The notes under the pieces are model-generated. The model was not told where the DNA came from and made no database searches. It worked only from the letters and a program-made list of their open reading frames with translations. From an uncultured Alphaproteobacteria bacterium (GTDB lineage: Bacteria; Pseudomonadota; Alphaproteobacteria; CAIYWZ01): 64,000 bases of DNA. The stretch covers positions 12,986 through 76,985 of the forward strand of contig CAZCFE010000006.1 of NCBI GenBank assembly GCA_964497925.1. Direction: 5' to 3'. The first letter of the stretch is position 1; each line of letters begins with the position of its first letter. The position numbers and the translations under genes were made by a program. Below are positions 40,719-53,339 of this stretch, in pieces.

Positions 40719-41710
40719 TGATTGTAGGGAGCTTTCCTTTCTCAAGGCCTAGAAGATTGCGTTCATCTGGATGGATGCGTGAAATGTGTCAGGAATTTGG
40801 TGTTGTCTCTGGTGATTTGATTTTACCTTTATTTATAAGGGAGGAGGGGACATCTTCTATTATTTCCTCTATGCCGGGTGTTTCGCGTTTGATGATTTCT
40901 GAATTGTTGCCTGTGGTGCATCGAGCTTTAAAACTGGGAATAAAAGCGGTAGCTTTATTTCCAGTTATTGATACTGCCTTTAAAAATGAAAAAGGAACAC
41001 TTGCATATAGTGAAGATAATTTGATATGTAGAGCAATACGTGCAATCAAAAGCTCTTTTCCGGAAATAGGTGTGATTGCCGATGTTGCGCTGGACCCATA
41101 TACATCTCACGGTCAAGATGGCGTTGTTTTAAAGGGGAGAGTGCACAATCAAGAAACAATTGAAATGTTATGCGCGCAAGCTCTTGTTCAGGCTCAATCT
41201 GGATGTGATATTATTGCGCCTTCGGATATGATGGATGGACGTGTTATAGCGCTTCGTCAGGCTTTAGATACAGCTTCTTTTGATGGGGTTTCGATTATGA
41301 GCTATGGCGCAAAATATTCATCTTGTTTCTATGGCCCATTTCGTGATGCTTTAGACAATAAAGCAGTTGTTGATAAAGGTTTAAAAAAGACCTATCAAAT
41401 GAATCCAGGAAATTCAAAAGAAGCGCTTAGGGAAATTGCGATGGATATTGAAGAAGGTGCTGACATGATTATTGTAAAGCCTGGGATGCCTTATTTAGAC
41501 ATTGTTTCAAAAGCATCTCAAGAATTCCATGTTCCTATTTTTGGGTATCAGGTGAGCGGTGAGTATGCGATGTTGAAAGCTGCATCGCAAAATGGCTGGC
41601 TTGACTTTAATGATAGTTTGATGGAGAGTTTGCTTTGTTTTAAGCGTGCAGGGGCTTCTGGTGTCATTACTTATGGTGCTCTTGAAGCAGCGGAAATGAT
41701 AAATGGCTGA
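40718..41710 (+). CDS. hemB: Porphobilinogen synthase (delta-aminolevulinic acid dehydratase)
   Basis: 330 aa; the N-terminus PRRLRSSGWMREMCQE and active-site lysine region are typical of HemB. Confidence 0.9.
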   Translation: MIVGSFPFSRPRRLRSSGWMREMCQEFGVVSGDLILPLFIREEGTSSIISSMPGVSRLMISELLPVVHRALKLGIKAVALFPVIDTAFKNEKGTLAYSEDNLICRAIRAIKSSFPEIGVIADVALDPYTSHGQDGVVLKGRVHNQETIEMLCAQALVQAQSGCDIIAPSDMMDGRVIALRQALDTASFDGVSIMSYGAKYSSCFYGPFRDALDNKAVVDKGLKKTYQMNPGNSKEALREIAMDIEEGADMIIVKPGMPYLDIVSKASQEFHVPIFGYQVSGEYAMLKAASQNGWLDFNDSLMESLLCFKRAGASGVITYGALEAAEMING

Positions 41711-42137
41711 GCTTATTTTAAACTCATTGGAAGACACATGCACGATTTCAAAAGAACTGGCATTTGATGCAAAAATAGGAGATATTTTTTTACTCTATGG
41801 AGATTTAGGAGCAGGAAAAACAACCTTTTCAAGGTTTTTTATTAGAGAATTTCTTCAAGATCCGGGTCTTGATGTTACAAGTCCAACTTTTAATATCATT
41901 CAAACCTATGGCGAACATCCAAAAGAAGTCTGGCATGTAGATCTTTATCGTATTGAAAATCAAAATGAGATTTATAATTTGGGACTTGAGGATGCGTACG
42001 GAAATGCCCTAATGTTGATCGAATGGCCTGAACGTTTTGGTTCTATTATTCCATCTGGAAATATCATAAAACTTGATTTTTCTATAAAAAATGAAAAATA
42101 TCACTTGAATATTTTAAAAAATATAAAATATTCTTGA
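41703..42137 (+). CDS. tsaE: tRNA threonylcarbamoyladenosine biosynthesis ATPase TsaE
   Basis: 144 aa with the P-loop GDLGAGKTTFSR. Overlaps the hemB stop. Confidence 0.8.
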   Translation: MAELILNSLEDTCTISKELAFDAKIGDIFLLYGDLGAGKTTFSRFFIREFLQDPGLDVTSPTFNIIQTYGEHPKEVWHVDLYRIENQNEIYNLGLEDAYGNALMLIEWPERFGSIIPSGNIIKLDFSIKNEKYHLNILKNIKYS

Positions 42138-42250
42138 CTTTCTTCTTAAAATATGGATCTGATGAGTTCACATTGACTAGTGTGGGTATTTTTATGCTCA
42201 TGAATGAATTATTTTAATATTAACTTATAACATAAGGATGTAAAAATCAA

Positions 42251-43798
42251 ATGTCGGAAAAACAAGACGAATTTACAGGATGGCGCAAAGCCGTATGGCC
42301 CATCCACAACCATGAATTGAAAAAATTCCTTCCTATGGGAATTATGATGTTCTGTATTCTTTTTATCTATACAGTACTGCGTGACACAAAAGATGCGATT
42401 TTGGTGAACTCACCAGGGGCTGGCGCTGAAAGCTTATCTTTTGCTAAAGGAATTGGCGTGACTGCTTCTGCCGTGATTTTTATGATCATGTACACAAAGG
42501 CTGCTAACGTATTTAAGCGCGAAGGTTTGTTTTATGTAACAGCCTTGCCGTTCTTAGTTTTCTTTGGATTGTTCCCTTACTTTATTTATCCATTTGTTGG
42601 ATCTTTGCATATGAGTCTTGATTCTATTCATGCTCTTCAGGCTTCTTATCCAAATGCAAAATGGATTATTCCTTTGATTGGTAACTGGACATATACATTA
42701 TTCTATATCCTTTCTGAACTTTGGGGGAGTGCTGTTTTGTCTTTGCTTTTCTGGCAATTTGCAAACTCTATCACACCTGTTCATGAAGCACGTCGTTTTT
42801 ATGGTATGTTTGGGTTTCTTGGAAATTTTGGTTTAGTGTTGTCAGGCCCTGGAATTATTCTTGTATCAAGATATGTTCAAAGTATGAAATTAGCAGATAG
42901 AGCTCAAGAGACTGGTCTTATGTTGCAATACTTGATGGCCGGAGTTATTGTTGCTGGTGCAATTTTGCTTTATACTTTCTATTGGACAAATCGTAATGTT
43001 TTGACTGATAAGCGTTATTATGATCCAGAAGCAATGGGCGAAACAAAGAAGAAAAAAGAAAAGCTCTCCATGATGGAAAGTTTTAAATTTATTCTTCATT
43101 CACCATACCTTGGTTTAGTTGCAATGTTAGTTCTTGCTTATGGCGTATCAATCAACCTTTTTGAAGGTATCTGGAAGGGTCAAATTAAGATTGCTTACCC
43201 ATCTGAAATTGAGTACAACGAAGTTATGGGAGGTCTTTCTACAACAACTGGTTTGATCGCTCTTGCGTTAATGTTGATTGGAAGTAACCTGCTTCGTCGT
43301 TTTTCATGGAAAGCATGCGCAATGATTACGCCTGCTGTTCTTTTGGCAGGTATTTTGGTTTTCTTTGGTGTGATCTATTATAACAATACGCTCATTCCTG
43401 CTGGAATGTCCATTGTTGAAGCAATCTCTAAAGGCGTTATCAATCGTGAATTAATTGTGTTTGCTGTAGTTCTTGGCTTGTTCGTAAATGCATTCGGAAA
43501 AGCTGTGAAGTATTCACTTTTTGATCCAACAAAAGAAATGGCCTACATTCCACTTGATCCTGAACTTAAAACAAAGGGTAAAGCAGCTGTGGATGTTATT
43601 GGCGGTCGCGGTGGAAAATCACTTGGATCTTATATTCAAATGGGTCTTTTAACAACAAGCGGTGCTGCTCTTTATCAATTGGTTCCAATTATTGCTCCAA
43701 TTGTAATTGGTATCGTGATTCTTTGGTTGCTTTCTGTTTTGAAATTGAGCACAAAGTTCCAAGAACTTACAGGCGCAATTGCAAAGAAAAAGAAATAA
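42251..43798 (+). CDS. tlc: ATP/ADP translocase (nucleotide transporter, Tlc/NTT family)
   Basis: 515 aa, 12 TM. The N-terminus WRKAVWPIHNHELKKFLPMGIMMFCILFIYTVLRDTKDA closely parallels rickettsial Tlc1. Confidence 0.9.
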   Translation: MSEKQDEFTGWRKAVWPIHNHELKKFLPMGIMMFCILFIYTVLRDTKDAILVNSPGAGAESLSFAKGIGVTASAVIFMIMYTKAANVFKREGLFYVTALPFLVFFGLFPYFIYPFVGSLHMSLDSIHALQASYPNAKWIIPLIGNWTYTLFYILSELWGSAVLSLLFWQFANSITPVHEARRFYGMFGFLGNFGLVLSGPGIILVSRYVQSMKLADRAQETGLMLQYLMAGVIVAGAILLYTFYWTNRNVLTDKRYYDPEAMGETKKKKEKLSMMESFKFILHSPYLGLVAMLVLAYGVSINLFEGIWKGQIKIAYPSEIEYNEVMGGLSTTTGLIALALMLIGSNLLRRFSWKACAMITPAVLLAGILVFFGVIYYNNTLIPAGMSIVEAISKGVINRELIVFAVVLGLFVNAFGKAVKYSLFDPTKEMAYIPLDPELKTKGKAAVDVIGGRGGKSLGSYIQMGLLTTSGAALYQLVPIIAPIVIGIVILWLLSVLKLSTKFQELTGAIAKKKK

Positions 43799-43820
43799 TT
43801 CTTTGTATTGTAAATAAAAT

Positions 43821-43853
43821 AAAAAGCCCTCTAATTTTAGAGGGCTTTTTTTA
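43821..43853 (+). terminator. Intrinsic terminator downstream of tlc
   Basis: aaaaagccctctaattttagagggcttttttt: a 9 bp stem, 5 nt loop and U-run. Confidence 0.7.
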
Positions 43854-43883
43854 TTGATATCTATTCAAAATAAAGAGGTTTTA

Positions 43884-44732
43884 ATGATTAAATTATTTTT
43901 TGTATTTTTATGTATTCCCTTTTTCCTGTTCGCGAAAATTATAGACAATAGTGGAACTCCTACAAAATCAATCATTGATATTTTTAAAGTTTTTTCTCCC
44001 ATTTCAGATCAAGTAAGCCTGGAAGAATTAAATTCTATAGCGCAGGCTTCTTTTTTAAGAAAGGCGGGTCAAGAAAGATGGGAAGATAAAAGATCCTTTG
44101 ACGGCATAAATATTCCAAAGCTTAAGTCTTTATTTCAAGAAATTGGGAGTATTGGCCATATTTTACCAAAATCAAAAGAATATGATTATATTTTAATTAA
44201 CGGATCTACAATTGGCAACATGCGTGAACGTGTGAACACTTTAATTCGTCTAGTGAAAAATCAAAATATTTTAATTTCAAATAAAACCAAGATTGTTTTT
44301 TTAACTGGAGAGAGAAGTTTAACACCATCAGAACAAGCAGAATCAGGTTTTGACAATGAAAATCAAGGAGCTCTTTGGGTTTGGAAAAATGCCGATCTCC
44401 CAGATGCTTTGAAAAAAATAAACATTGAATTTATTCTAGGGACTAAGAAGACAGGCGCAATTCGTGCAACGACTCATGATACGGTGGATGCGTGGATGGC
44501 AACAAATCCAACTCCTGGAAAGTGTCTTTCTATATCATCTCAGCCTTTTGTTTATTATCAAGAAATCACTATGAAAAATGCACTTAAATCATCTCCAGAA
44601 TTTTTCATAGAAGGCGTTGGCTTTGATTATGATGATGAGAGTTATTTTCAAAATCATATTTCGATTTATTTGGATAATTTAGCGCGAACAATTTATACGC
44701 TTGTTCAAATGAATGCAGCACCTTTGAAATGA
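43884..44732 (+). CDS. Hypothetical secreted protein, possibly DUF218 (YdcF/SanA-like) fold
   Basis: About 282 aa from MIKLFFVFLCIPFFLFA (signal peptide). The blocks DYILINGSTIGNMRERVNTLIRL...IVFLTGER and GAIRATTHDTVDAWMA resemble the DUF218 layout. Confidence 0.35.
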   Translation: MIKLFFVFLCIPFFLFAKIIDNSGTPTKSIIDIFKVFSPISDQVSLEELNSIAQASFLRKAGQERWEDKRSFDGINIPKLKSLFQEIGSIGHILPKSKEYDYILINGSTIGNMRERVNTLIRLVKNQNILISNKTKIVFLTGERSLTPSEQAESGFDNENQGALWVWKNADLPDALKKINIEFILGTKKTGAIRATTHDTVDAWMATNPTPGKCLSISSQPFVYYQEITMKNALKSSPEFFIEGVGFDYDDESYFQNHISIYLDNLARTIYTLVQMNAAPLK

Positions 44733-44968
44733 GTAAATTATTAGAGTTTAAAAGGTTTTTAATAATCTTGAAATTTTCTTGACTTGTTATATATTTCAAT
44801 CCACATAATACATCTTTTTTAAAAACAGTACGCTATGATTTTTTAAATATCAAAAATTAACCTTTTGTTTACTTTTTTTATTAAAGATGCTTAATTGAAT
44901 AGTTGGAAAAGAAATGCAATTAGTATACTATTCTTCTTAAAAAAAATAACAATAAAAGGGGCCTGAAA

Positions 44969-45334
44969 TTGGGCGAATCGCTGTTTCAATATTTACCTAT
45001 TTTGATTTTTGGTGTATTTGCCTTTGGGTTTGCTTTTGCTCTTGTTTTGATTACATATATCAGGTCTCCTAAAAAACCAGATTTAGAGAAAAACTCAGCT
45101 TATGAGTGTGGCTTTACAGCTTTTGATGACGCAAGACTTCCTTTTGATATCAGATACAGCGTGATAGCATTACTTTTTATTATTTTTGATATTGAAATTA
45201 TTTTTTTATTTCCATGGGCGGTTTATCTTGGTGATTTAGGATGGAGTGGATTTTATTCTATGATGGCCTTTCTTTCGATTTTAGTCGTGGGTTTTGTATA
45301 TGAATGGAAGAAGGGGACTTTAGAATGGAAATAA
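44969..45334 (+). CDS. nuoA: NADH-quinone oxidoreductase subunit A
   Basis: 121 aa, 3 TM. Confidence 0.9.
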   Translation: MGESLFQYLPILIFGVFAFGFAFALVLITYIRSPKKPDLEKNSAYECGFTAFDDARLPFDIRYSVIALLFIIFDIEIIFLFPWAVYLGDLGWSGFYSMMAFLSILVVGFVYEWKKGTLEWK

Positions 45335-45834
45335 ATCATGATTCTCTTTTGAAGGATTACGCGCAAGAAGCTCAGCAACAAGGTTTTGTAATGGCAAAAT
45401 TGGATGATTTGGTTCATTGGGCTCAAGGCAATTCCATTTGGCCTATGTCGTTTGGCCTTGCTTGTTGTGGTGTTGAAATGATGCACACAGCGGTTTCAAG
45501 ATATGACTTAGATCGATACGGTATGTTTTTTAGACCCAGCCCACGTCAATCAGATTTGATGATTATCGCAGGGACCTTAACTAATAAAATGGCAGCTGCC
45601 TTACGTAAAGTATACGATCAAATGCCAGAGCCAAGATATGTGATTTCTATGGGGTCATGCGCTAATGCAGGTGGGTATTATCATTTTTCATACTCAGTTG
45701 TTAGGGGGTGTGATCGAATAGTTCCTGTTGATGTATATGTTCCAGGATGCCCTCCTACAGCAGAAGCTCTGTTATACGGCATCTTGCTACTCAAGAAAAA
45801 AATCATCAGAGGGCTTTGCACGGTGAAAAGATGA
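45304..45834 (+). CDS. nuoB: NADH-quinone oxidoreductase subunit B
   Basis: [11 protein letters not shown] and CPP N2 cluster ligands. Confidence 0.95.
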   Translation: MEEGDFRMEINHDSLLKDYAQEAQQQGFVMAKLDDLVHWAQGNSIWPMSFGLACCGVEMMHTAVSRYDLDRYGMFFRPSPRQSDLMIIAGTLTNKMAAALRKVYDQMPEPRYVISMGSCANAGGYYHFSYSVVRGCDRIVPVDVYVPGCPPTAEALLYGILLLKKKIIRGLCTVKR

Positions 45835-46409
45835 TGGGTTCAGATCATATTTATAAAATTATATCATCTGCGTTTTCTGATGAAGGATTGGATATCTTTT
45901 GGGATAAAAAGATCTTAAAAATCTTATGTTCTCTGGGAGATTTAAGCCATGTTCTAGCCTTTCTAAAAGATCATCCAGATTGTGCTTTTCATCAATTAAT
46001 CGATATTGTGGGAATTGATTTTTATCCAAAATCGCCTAGATTTGAAGTGGTGTATCATTTACTGAGCATGTATCATAACTGCCGCGCTCAAGTTAAAATT
46101 ACTTGTGAAGAAGGTGATGCTATAGACAGTATGTTGCCTTTTTTTATGAATGCAGGCTGGTATGAGCGTGAAATTTTTGATATGTATGGCGTTGTCTTTA
46201 AGGATCACCCAGATCTGCGTCGTATTTTAACAGATTATGATTTTCAGGGACATCCATTGCGAAAAGATTTTCCATTATTTGGCCACACGCAAGTAAAGTA
46301 TGATGAGATTTCAAGATCAATTGTATATGAGCCTGTAAATTTACCTCAAATGTTTCGTGAATTTGATTTTGAAAGTGACTGGAAGGGGGTTAAGTATGAC
46401 GACAAATAG
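45831..46409 (+). CDS. nuoC: NADH-quinone oxidoreductase subunit C
   Basis: 30 kDa subunit family. ATG at 45831 overlaps the nuoB stop (ATGA). Confidence 0.9.
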   Translation: MMGSDHIYKIISSAFSDEGLDIFWDKKILKILCSLGDLSHVLAFLKDHPDCAFHQLIDIVGIDFYPKSPRFEVVYHLLSMYHNCRAQVKITCEEGDAIDSMLPFFMNAGWYEREIFDMYGVVFKDHPDLRRILTDYDFQGHPLRKDFPLFGHTQVKYDEISRSIVYEPVNLPQMFREFDFESDWKGVKYDDK

Positions 46410-47577
46410 TTCTGCTAAAAAGTTTACTATTAATTTTGGTCCTCAACATCCAGCAGCTCATGGAGTTTTAAGATTGATTCTTGATTTGGACGGAGAGGTG
46501 GTGGAAAGGGTTGATCCCCATATCGGTCTTTTGCACAGAGGAACTGAAAAACTGTTAGAACATAAAACATACACCCAAGGGCTACCTTATTTTGATCGCT
46601 TGGACTATGTATCCCCAATGTCTCAAGAACATGCTTTTGTTTTGGCAACTGAAGAATTGATGGGAATAATGCCTCCGTTGCGTGCGCAGTATATCCGTGT
46701 TCTTTTTTGTGAAATGACACGTATTTTAAATCATCTTTTAAACGTAACAACTTTCGCGATGGATGTTGGGGCAATCACCCCGATATTATGGGGCTTTGAA
46801 GCACGTGAAGTGTTGTTGGGGTTTTATGAACGTGTGAGTGGAGCAAGATTTCATGCCGCATATTTCAGGGTTGGGGGCGTTCAGCAAGATTTGCCAGAGG
46901 GTTTCTTGAGAGATTTAGAAGAATACTTCCCATCCCTTGAAAAAACAATACGTGATCTTGATCACTTGTTGACTAATAATAGAATATTCAAGCAAAGAAC
47001 GATTGATATTGGAGTCATTTCACATCAAGATGCTCTATCGTATGGATTAACTGGGCCGATTTTACGCGCATCTGGAATTCCATGGGATTTGCGTAAAGCT
47101 CAGCCTTATGAAATTTATGATCAATTAGAGTTTGATATTCCCATAGGGAACCATGGAGATTGCTATAGCCGTTATCTGGTGCGCCTAGAAGAAATGTATC
47201 AAAGCTTAAAGTTGATGCGCCAATGTATCAGAAAAATGCCACAAGGTGATATAATTGTTGATGATTTACATGTGCATCCTCCAAAAAGGGGTGAAATAAA
47301 AGAGTCCATGGAAGCACTTATCCATCACTTCAAATTTTTTACTCATGGGTTTGATGTGCCAAAAGGGGAATGTTATAAAGCTGTTGAATCTCCCAAAGGA
47401 GAATTTGGTGTTCATTTGGTTTCTGATGGATCTAATAAGCCATATCGATGCAAAATCAGATCAACAGGCTTTGCTGCTTTGCAAGCGCTTGAAAAAATGT
47501 CCAAAGGGCATCTTTTAGGGGATTTAAGCGCCATTATAGGGTCCTTAGATATTGTTTTTGGGGAGGTTGATAGATGA
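46396..47577 (+). CDS. nuoD: NADH-quinone oxidoreductase subunit D
   Basis: 49 kDa subunit with [14 protein letters not shown]. Start taken at MTTNS (46396). Confidence 0.95.
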   Translation: MTTNSSAKKFTINFGPQHPAAHGVLRLILDLDGEVVERVDPHIGLLHRGTEKLLEHKTYTQGLPYFDRLDYVSPMSQEHAFVLATEELMGIMPPLRAQYIRVLFCEMTRILNHLLNVTTFAMDVGAITPILWGFEAREVLLGFYERVSGARFHAAYFRVGGVQQDLPEGFLRDLEEYFPSLEKTIRDLDHLLTNNRIFKQRTIDIGVISHQDALSYGLTGPILRASGIPWDLRKAQPYEIYDQLEFDIPIGNHGDCYSRYLVRLEEMYQSLKLMRQCIRKMPQGDIIVDDLHVHPPKRGEIKESMEALIHHFKFFTHGFDVPKGECYKAVESPKGEFGVHLVSDGSNKPYRCKIRSTGFAALQALEKMSKGHLLGDLSAIIGSLDIVFGEVDR

Positions 47578-48095
47578 GCTATGAGCTTTTAGATACAGAT
47601 CCAAAATTTGCATTTTGTGAGAACAGTTTAGATGTTATCGAAAATATTCTAAAAAAATATCCAAATGATCACAAACAGAGTGCTGTTTTACCTCTTTTAG
47701 AAATGGGGCAAAGGCAAAATGAAGGTTGGATTTCAAAATCAGTGATTGAAGAGGTTGCGAGTAAGCTTGAAATGCCATTTATGCGTGTTTATGAGGTGGT
47801 GACTTTTTATTCTATGTTTAATTTAAAACCAGTGGGTAAATATTTGATGCAATTTTGCAGAACAACTCCTTGTTGGCTAAGAGGAGCTGAGACTGTGGAA
47901 CATGCGTGTAAAAAATACCTTGGTATAGATATGAATGAAACAACACAAGATGGGATGTTTACGCTTAAGCAAGTTGAGTGTTTGGGCGCTTGTGTGAATG
48001 CGCCCGTGGTTCAAATTAATGATGATTATCATGAAGATCTGGATGAAAAATCCATTATAGCTCTTATTGATAAATTAAGAGGGAATCATGATTGA
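47574..48095 (+). CDS. nuoE: NADH-quinone oxidoreductase subunit E
   Basis: 24 kDa subunit with 2Fe-2S cysteines (CRTTPC...CLGAC). Confidence 0.9.
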   Translation: MSYELLDTDPKFAFCENSLDVIENILKKYPNDHKQSAVLPLLEMGQRQNEGWISKSVIEEVASKLEMPFMRVYEVVTFYSMFNLKPVGKYLMQFCRTTPCWLRGAETVEHACKKYLGIDMNETTQDGMFTLKQVECLGACVNAPVVQINDDYHEDLDEKSIIALIDKLRGNHD

Positions 48096-49347
48096 AATTC
48101 ATGATCGTATTTTTACAAATTTGCATGGTCAAGAGCCTTGGGATTTAAAGCACGCGAAAAAACGTGGAGATTGGAATAGAACATCTTCTCTTTTAAAATG
48201 TGATCCTCATTCTATTGTTGATGAAATTAAAGCTTCAGGACTTCGAGGAAGGGGAGGCGCAGGGTTTTCAACTGGCATGAAGTGGTCTTTTATTCGATGC
48301 GATGACGGTCGTCCACATTACTTGATTATTAATGCTGATGAAAGCGAACCAGGGACTTGTAAAGACCGTGATATTTTAAGATCAGAACCGCATAAACTGA
48401 TAGAAGGCGCTTTGATTGCTGGTTTTGCAATTGGTGCGCATATAGCATATATCTATGTTCGGGGTGAATACCATAAAGAAGCAGAAATCTTACAAAAAGC
48501 AATTGATGAGGCATATGAGGCTAAACTTTTAGGAAGAAACGCAGCAAAATCAGGATGGGATTTTGATTTATATGTGCATAAGGGTGCGGGTGCGTATATT
48601 TGTGGGGAAGAGTCAGCTCTTCTTGAAAGTCTAGAAGGAAAAAAAGGGCAGCCCAGATTAAAACCTCCATTTCCAGCTCAAAAGGGATTATATGGATGCC
48701 CTACAATTATCAATAATGTTGAAACAATAGCCGTTGTTCCTACTATTTTACGCAAAGGTAGTTCTTGGTTTTTTGGACTTGGCCGTCCTAACAATTCAGG
48801 ATCTAAGATTTTTTGTATTTCAGGGCATGTTCAAAAACCATGCACAGTCGAAGAAGAAATGGGAATTCCTTTAAAGGATTTGATTGAAAAATACGCAGGT
48901 GGAGTGATTGGAGGATGGGATAATTTGCTGGCAGTTATTCCCGGAGGTTCTTCAGTTCCATTGCTCCCAAAGTCTATTTGTGATACAGTTCTGATGGATT
49001 TTGATTCTTTAAAAGCGGTGCAATCTGGGCTTGGAACAGCCGGCGTAATTGTGATGAATAAATCAACTGATATTGTCCAAGCAATTGCAAAGCTTTCAAG
49101 GTTTTACGCCCATGAAAGCTGTGGTCAATGTTCTCCTTGCAGGGAAGGCACTGGATGGATGTGGCGAATTATAGAAAAGCTAGCCAAAGGAGAAGGAAAA
49201 ATATCGGATATTGATTTGCTGCTCAATGTTTCTTATGAGATTGAAGGACATACTATTTGTGCTTTGGGCGATGCCGCGGCATGGCCTGTTCAGGGTTTAA
49301 TTCGTCATTTTAGATCTGAAATTGAAAAGAGGCAAGCCAATGGTTAA
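48088..49347 (+). CDS. nuoF: NADH-quinone oxidoreductase subunit F
   Basis: 51 kDa subunit with [16 protein letters not shown] and [12 protein letters not shown]. Confidence 0.95.
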   Translation: MIEIHDRIFTNLHGQEPWDLKHAKKRGDWNRTSSLLKCDPHSIVDEIKASGLRGRGGAGFSTGMKWSFIRCDDGRPHYLIINADESEPGTCKDRDILRSEPHKLIEGALIAGFAIGAHIAYIYVRGEYHKEAEILQKAIDEAYEAKLLGRNAAKSGWDFDLYVHKGAGAYICGEESALLESLEGKKGQPRLKPPFPAQKGLYGCPTIINNVETIAVVPTILRKGSSWFFGLGRPNNSGSKIFCISGHVQKPCTVEEEMGIPLKDLIEKYAGGVIGGWDNLLAVIPGGSSVPLLPKSICDTVLMDFDSLKAVQSGLGTAGVIVMNKSTDIVQAIAKLSRFYAHESCGQCSPCREGTGWMWRIIEKLAKGEGKISDIDLLLNVSYEIEGHTICALGDAAAWPVQGLIRHFRSEIEKRQANG

Positions 49348-51274
49348 AGTTAATGTTGTCATTGATGGTATTTGTGTACAAGCAGAATCAGGAACAACAG
49401 TTCTTCAGGCTTGCAGGGAGCTTGATGTTCAGATCCCTGTGTTTTGTTATCATAAAGAACTGAGCATTGCGGGAAATTGCAGAATGTGTCTTGTTGAGCA
49501 AGAAAAATCTCCAAAGCCGGTTGCAAGCTGTGCCACAGTTGTTTCAGAGGGAATGGTTATTCATACCAATAGCCCAATGGTGAAAAAAGCAAGGGAAGGG
49601 GCACTTGAATTTTTATTAATCAATCACCCATTAGATTGCCCAGTTTGCGATCAAGGAGGAGAGTGTGATCTGCAAGATATTACCCGCGGGTATGCAAGAC
49701 AACAGTCAAGATTTGATGAACAGAAACGGATTGTTGAGGATAAAGATTTTGGTCCTATCATTAAAACAGTGCTCACGCGCTGTATTCACTGCACAAGATG
49801 TGTCCGCTTTGCTACAGAGATCGCAGGAATTCCAGAAATGGGTGCCCTTGGAAGAGGAGAGCATATGGAAATTGCAAGCGTCATCGAAGGAACGATGTCC
49901 TCTGAATTTTCAGGAAATGTGATTGATTTATGCCCTGTGGGTGCATTAACTTTTAAGCCATATGAATTTAAAGCACGCAGTTGGGAACTTAAATCCGTAG
50001 ACTCAATCGATATTAGCGATGCAGTTGGTGCTCATATTCGTATTGATTCAAGAGATGAAGAAATTATGAGAATTTTGCCAAGATCTTGCGATCAAATCAA
50101 TGGAGAGTGGATTACAGACAAAACCAGATTGCTATATGAAGGTCTTAAAGTTCAACGTTTAGATCGACCTTATATTCGAATTAATGGAAAATTGCAGGCA
50201 GCAGAGTGGGTGGATGCATTAGAGTTTATTGCTCAAAAAATAAAATCAATAGAGCCCCATAAAATAGCCGGACTTGTTGGTGATTTAGCGGATGCAGAGA
50301 GTATGTTTGCGATGCGTGAGCTTTGGAAAAATCTATCTATAACTCATTTGGACGCGCGATTAGATGGTGAAAAAATATCTGATATTTCAAGAAATTTTTA
50401 CACATTCAACGAATCTTTCTCAGATATTGAAAATGCAAAAAACATCTTAATCATTGGAGCTAACCCCAGATATGAAGCGCCAATCTTGAATTTACGTCTT
50501 CGCAGTGCATATCGCACAGGTCATGCAAAAATTTTCGTTATCGGGGATGAGGTCGATTTAACTTACCCTTATACTTATTTAGGCAATACTCTTAAAGATA
50601 TTGAAAAATTTAAAAATTTCACTGTGATTTTAGGATCTCAAATGCTTTGTCGATCTGATATTTATTCCATACTTGGGTCATTTGAGAAAGTAAACGTTTT
50701 GCATAAATACGCCTCACGTATCGGTGCTCTGGATTTAAAAATATTTTGCGATTTAGGCGGTGAAGGCATTATTCAAGCTGCAAATAATGATCAACTTGAT
50801 ATGTTATATTTATTAGGAGTGGACGATGATCGTATTGTACCTTCTCCCAAAACATTTGTTGTGTATCAAGGGCATCATGGCGAAAAAGGAGCAAAGATTG
50901 CAGATGTTGTGCTTCCAGGGCTTAGCTTTGCAGAAAAAAGTGGAACTTATATTAACCTTGAAGGGAGAGTTCAGCAAACCCTTCCTGCTGTGAGTTCTCA
51001 AGGTTGTGCAAAAGAAGATTGGAAAATTTTTAGAGCCTTATCAGGAGTGTTGGGAAATCCTTTGCCATTTAATACACTTGAAGAAGTAAGGTCAAATATG
51101 TATGTGGTATTGGAGGAGAAAAAATATCAATTGCGAACTGTTCTAGAGAAAACAGATTTCAATTCTGAGTTGGTATCTTGTGCTAAAGGCGATTTTTATA
51201 AAACAGATGTCATTTCTCGTCATAGCGTTACTTTGCAAAAAGTATCTAAATTTGGGAAAGGAAAAATATCATGA
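49340..51274 (+). CDS. nuoG: NADH-quinone oxidoreductase subunit G
   Basis: 75 kDa subunit with an N-terminal 2Fe-2S CYH...CRMCLVE. Start at MVKVN overlaps the nuoF stop. Confidence 0.9.
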   Translation: MVKVNVVIDGICVQAESGTTVLQACRELDVQIPVFCYHKELSIAGNCRMCLVEQEKSPKPVASCATVVSEGMVIHTNSPMVKKAREGALEFLLINHPLDCPVCDQGGECDLQDITRGYARQQSRFDEQKRIVEDKDFGPIIKTVLTRCIHCTRCVRFATEIAGIPEMGALGRGEHMEIASVIEGTMSSEFSGNVIDLCPVGALTFKPYEFKARSWELKSVDSIDISDAVGAHIRIDSRDEEIMRILPRSCDQINGEWITDKTRLLYEGLKVQRLDRPYIRINGKLQAAEWVDALEFIAQKIKSIEPHKIAGLVGDLADAESMFAMRELWKNLSITHLDARLDGEKISDISRNFYTFNESFSDIENAKNILIIGANPRYEAPILNLRLRSAYRTGHAKIFVIGDEVDLTYPYTYLGNTLKDIEKFKNFTVILGSQMLCRSDIYSILGSFEKVNVLHKYASRIGALDLKIFCDLGGEGIIQAANNDQLDMLYLLGVDDDRIVPSPKTFVVYQGHHGEKGAKIADVVLPGLSFAEKSGTYINLEGRVQQTLPAVSSQGCAKEDWKIFRALSGVLGNPLPFNTLEEVRSNMYVVLEEKKYQLRTVLEKTDFNSELVSCAKGDFYKTDVISRHSVTLQKVSKFGKGKIS

Positions 51275-52248
51275 ATATTTTAATTACCTCATTACAGATT
51301 CTTTTTGTGATTATTGCATTAGTTTTAATGGTTGCTTATCTGGTGTACTTTGAACGCAAAGTGATTGGTTTTATGCAATTGCGACAAGGGCCTAACACTG
51401 TGGGACCATTTGGATTATTACAGCCTATCGCAGATGCAGTTAAGGCTTTGCACAAAGAAATCATTATTCCAATTAAAGCTAATAAGTTTTTATTTTTGCT
51501 TGCGCCATTATTAACTTTTTCTTTTTCTCTTATGGCATGGGCTGTTGTTCCTGTTGGATTTGGGAAAGCTTTTGTAGATTTAAATGTGGGGGTTCTTTAT
51601 ATTTTTGCGATCTCATCACTTAATGTCTATGGAATTATGATTGCAGGTTGGGCAAGTAATTCAAAATATGCTTTTTTGGGCGCGCTACGATCCTGTTCTC
51701 AAATGATTTCATATGAAGTTTCAATTGGATTGATTATTATGTCTGTTTTGATTTCATCTGGATCCATGAATCTTTATGACATTGTGATATCACAAACAAA
51801 AATGTGGTATGTGATTCCTCATTTCCCAATGTTTATTCTTTTTTTGATTTCTATTTTAGCCGAAACAAACAGGACCCCTTTTGACCTTCCAGAGGCAGAG
51901 GCTGAACTTGCTGGTGGGTATAATGTTGAATATTCTTCTTTCCCATTTGCTTTATTTATGCTTGGTGAATATGCAAATGTAATTCTAATGTCAGCAATTA
52001 CGACGCTTTTATTTTTAGGGGGGTGGCTTCCTATTGTAGAAGGTGTAGTACATCCTTTTATTTGGTTTTCTTTAAAAACTTGCTGTATTATTTTTATTTT
52101 TATTTGGATCAGGGCAACCCTGCCAAGGTATCGATATGATCAATTAATGCGGATTGGTTGGAAAGTTTTTCTGCCTTTAAGTTTTGGTTGGCTTGTCTTA
52201 ACTGCATTTGTGTCGTTGTATTTTAAATTGGCGGTGCCTCATGTTTAA
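51271..52248 (+). CDS. nuoH: NADH-quinone oxidoreductase subunit H
   Basis: 325 aa with [14 protein letters not shown]. Confidence 0.95.
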   Translation: MNILITSLQILFVIIALVLMVAYLVYFERKVIGFMQLRQGPNTVGPFGLLQPIADAVKALHKEIIIPIKANKFLFLLAPLLTFSFSLMAWAVVPVGFGKAFVDLNVGVLYIFAISSLNVYGIMIAGWASNSKYAFLGALRSCSQMISYEVSIGLIIMSVLISSGSMNLYDIVISQTKMWYVIPHFPMFILFLISILAETNRTPFDLPEAEAELAGGYNVEYSSFPFALFMLGEYANVILMSAITTLLFLGGWLPIVEGVVHPFIWFSLKTCCIIFIFIWIRATLPRYRYDQLMRIGWKVFLPLSFGWLVLTAFVSLYFKLAVPHV

Positions 52249-52738
52249 ATCAAAATATTTGTTTAATAAGATCAAGCATATCTTTCTTTATGATATATTA
52301 AGCGGCCTTCTTATGACATTGCGATATTTTTTCAAACCAAAAGTGACATTGAATTATCCATTTGAAAAGAATGAGTTAAGCCCAAGATTTCGAGGTGAAC
52401 ATGCTTTGCGTCGTTATGAGAATGGGGAAGAAAGATGTATTGCATGTAAATTATGTGAAGCAATATGCCCAGCTCAAGCAATTACGATTGTGTCTCAAGC
52501 AAGGGAAGATGGTTCTCGTAAGGCCATAAGATATGATATTGATATGACCAAGTGTATTTATTGTGGACTTTGTCAGCAGGCGTGTCCAGTGGACGCAATT
52601 GTGCAAGGACCTAATTATGAATTTGCAACATATACAAAAGAAGAATTGATTTACACGAAAGAAAAATTACTTGAAAATGGAGATAGATTTGAAGAAATTA
52701 TATCATCCAATTTAAAGAAAAATGAGAAGTATACATGA
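52241..52738 (+). CDS. nuoI: NADH-quinone oxidoreductase subunit I
   Basis: Two 4Fe-4S motifs ([24 protein letters not shown]). Start at MFKS overlaps the nuoH stop. Confidence 0.9.
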   Translation: MFKSKYLFNKIKHIFLYDILSGLLMTLRYFFKPKVTLNYPFEKNELSPRFRGEHALRRYENGEERCIACKLCEAICPAQAITIVSQAREDGSRKAIRYDIDMTKCIYCGLCQQACPVDAIVQGPNYEFATYTKEELIYTKEKLLENGDRFEEIISSNLKKNEKYT

Positions 52739-53339
52739 AATGATAGAGCAATTTGTTTTTTATTCTTTTAGTTTATTGATTCTTTGTGCGGGACTTGCTG
52801 TGGCATCGTTTAAGGATCCAATTTATAACGTGTTATCATTAGTGGTGGCGTTTATAGGGGCAGCAGGTCTTTATTTGCTTTTAAATGCACAGTTCCTTTC
52901 TATGGTGTTAATTACGGTTTATGTGGGGGCTGTTGCTGTGTTTTTTATGTTTGTTGTGATGACGCTTGAAGGAGTTTGGCATCAAAATACGAAAAAAATC
53001 TCACCTAGAAAAAAAGTTTTTGCTATTATTTTGGGAGTTATTTTTTCTATAGAAATTATTTTTATTCTTGTGAGAAGTTTTAAATTTTCAATAATTAAAA
53101 AGCATCATGAATTAACATTGAAAGATTTATCAATTTCTATTTTTCAAGATAATTATCATCTTTTAATTATTACTGGAGTGATTTTATTGATTGCTATGGT
53201 TGGCGCTATTTTAATTACGAAAAATACTTTTACCTTTCATGAGAAAATGAAAAAGCAAAATGTTTCAGATCAAAATGAGAAGAATAGAAGTGATTGCGTG
53301 AAATTGGTGAAAGTAGAATTTGGAAAGGGTCTTAAATGA
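52722..53339 (+). CDS. nuoJ: NADH-quinone oxidoreductase subunit J
   Basis: About 200 aa, 5 TM. An alternative start at 52740 avoids overlap with nuoI. Confidence 0.8.
   Translation: MRSIHEMIEQFVFYSFSLLILCAGLAVASFKDPIYNVLSLVVAFIGAAGLYLLLNAQFLSMVLITVYVGAVAVFFMFVVMTLEGVWHQNTKKISPRKKVFAIILGVIFSIEIIFILVRSFKFSIIKKHHELTLKDLSISIFQDNYHLLIITGVILLIAMVGAILITKNTFTFHEKMKKQNVSDQNEKNRSDCVKLVKVEFGKGLK

Noticed and set aside
44733-44968. Sigma70-like promoter call upstream of nuoA (TTGACT near 44780)
   Set aside because: Several TTGACA-like and TATAAT-like hexamers occur by chance in this AT-rich spacer. I cannot pick one with confidence without transcript mapping.
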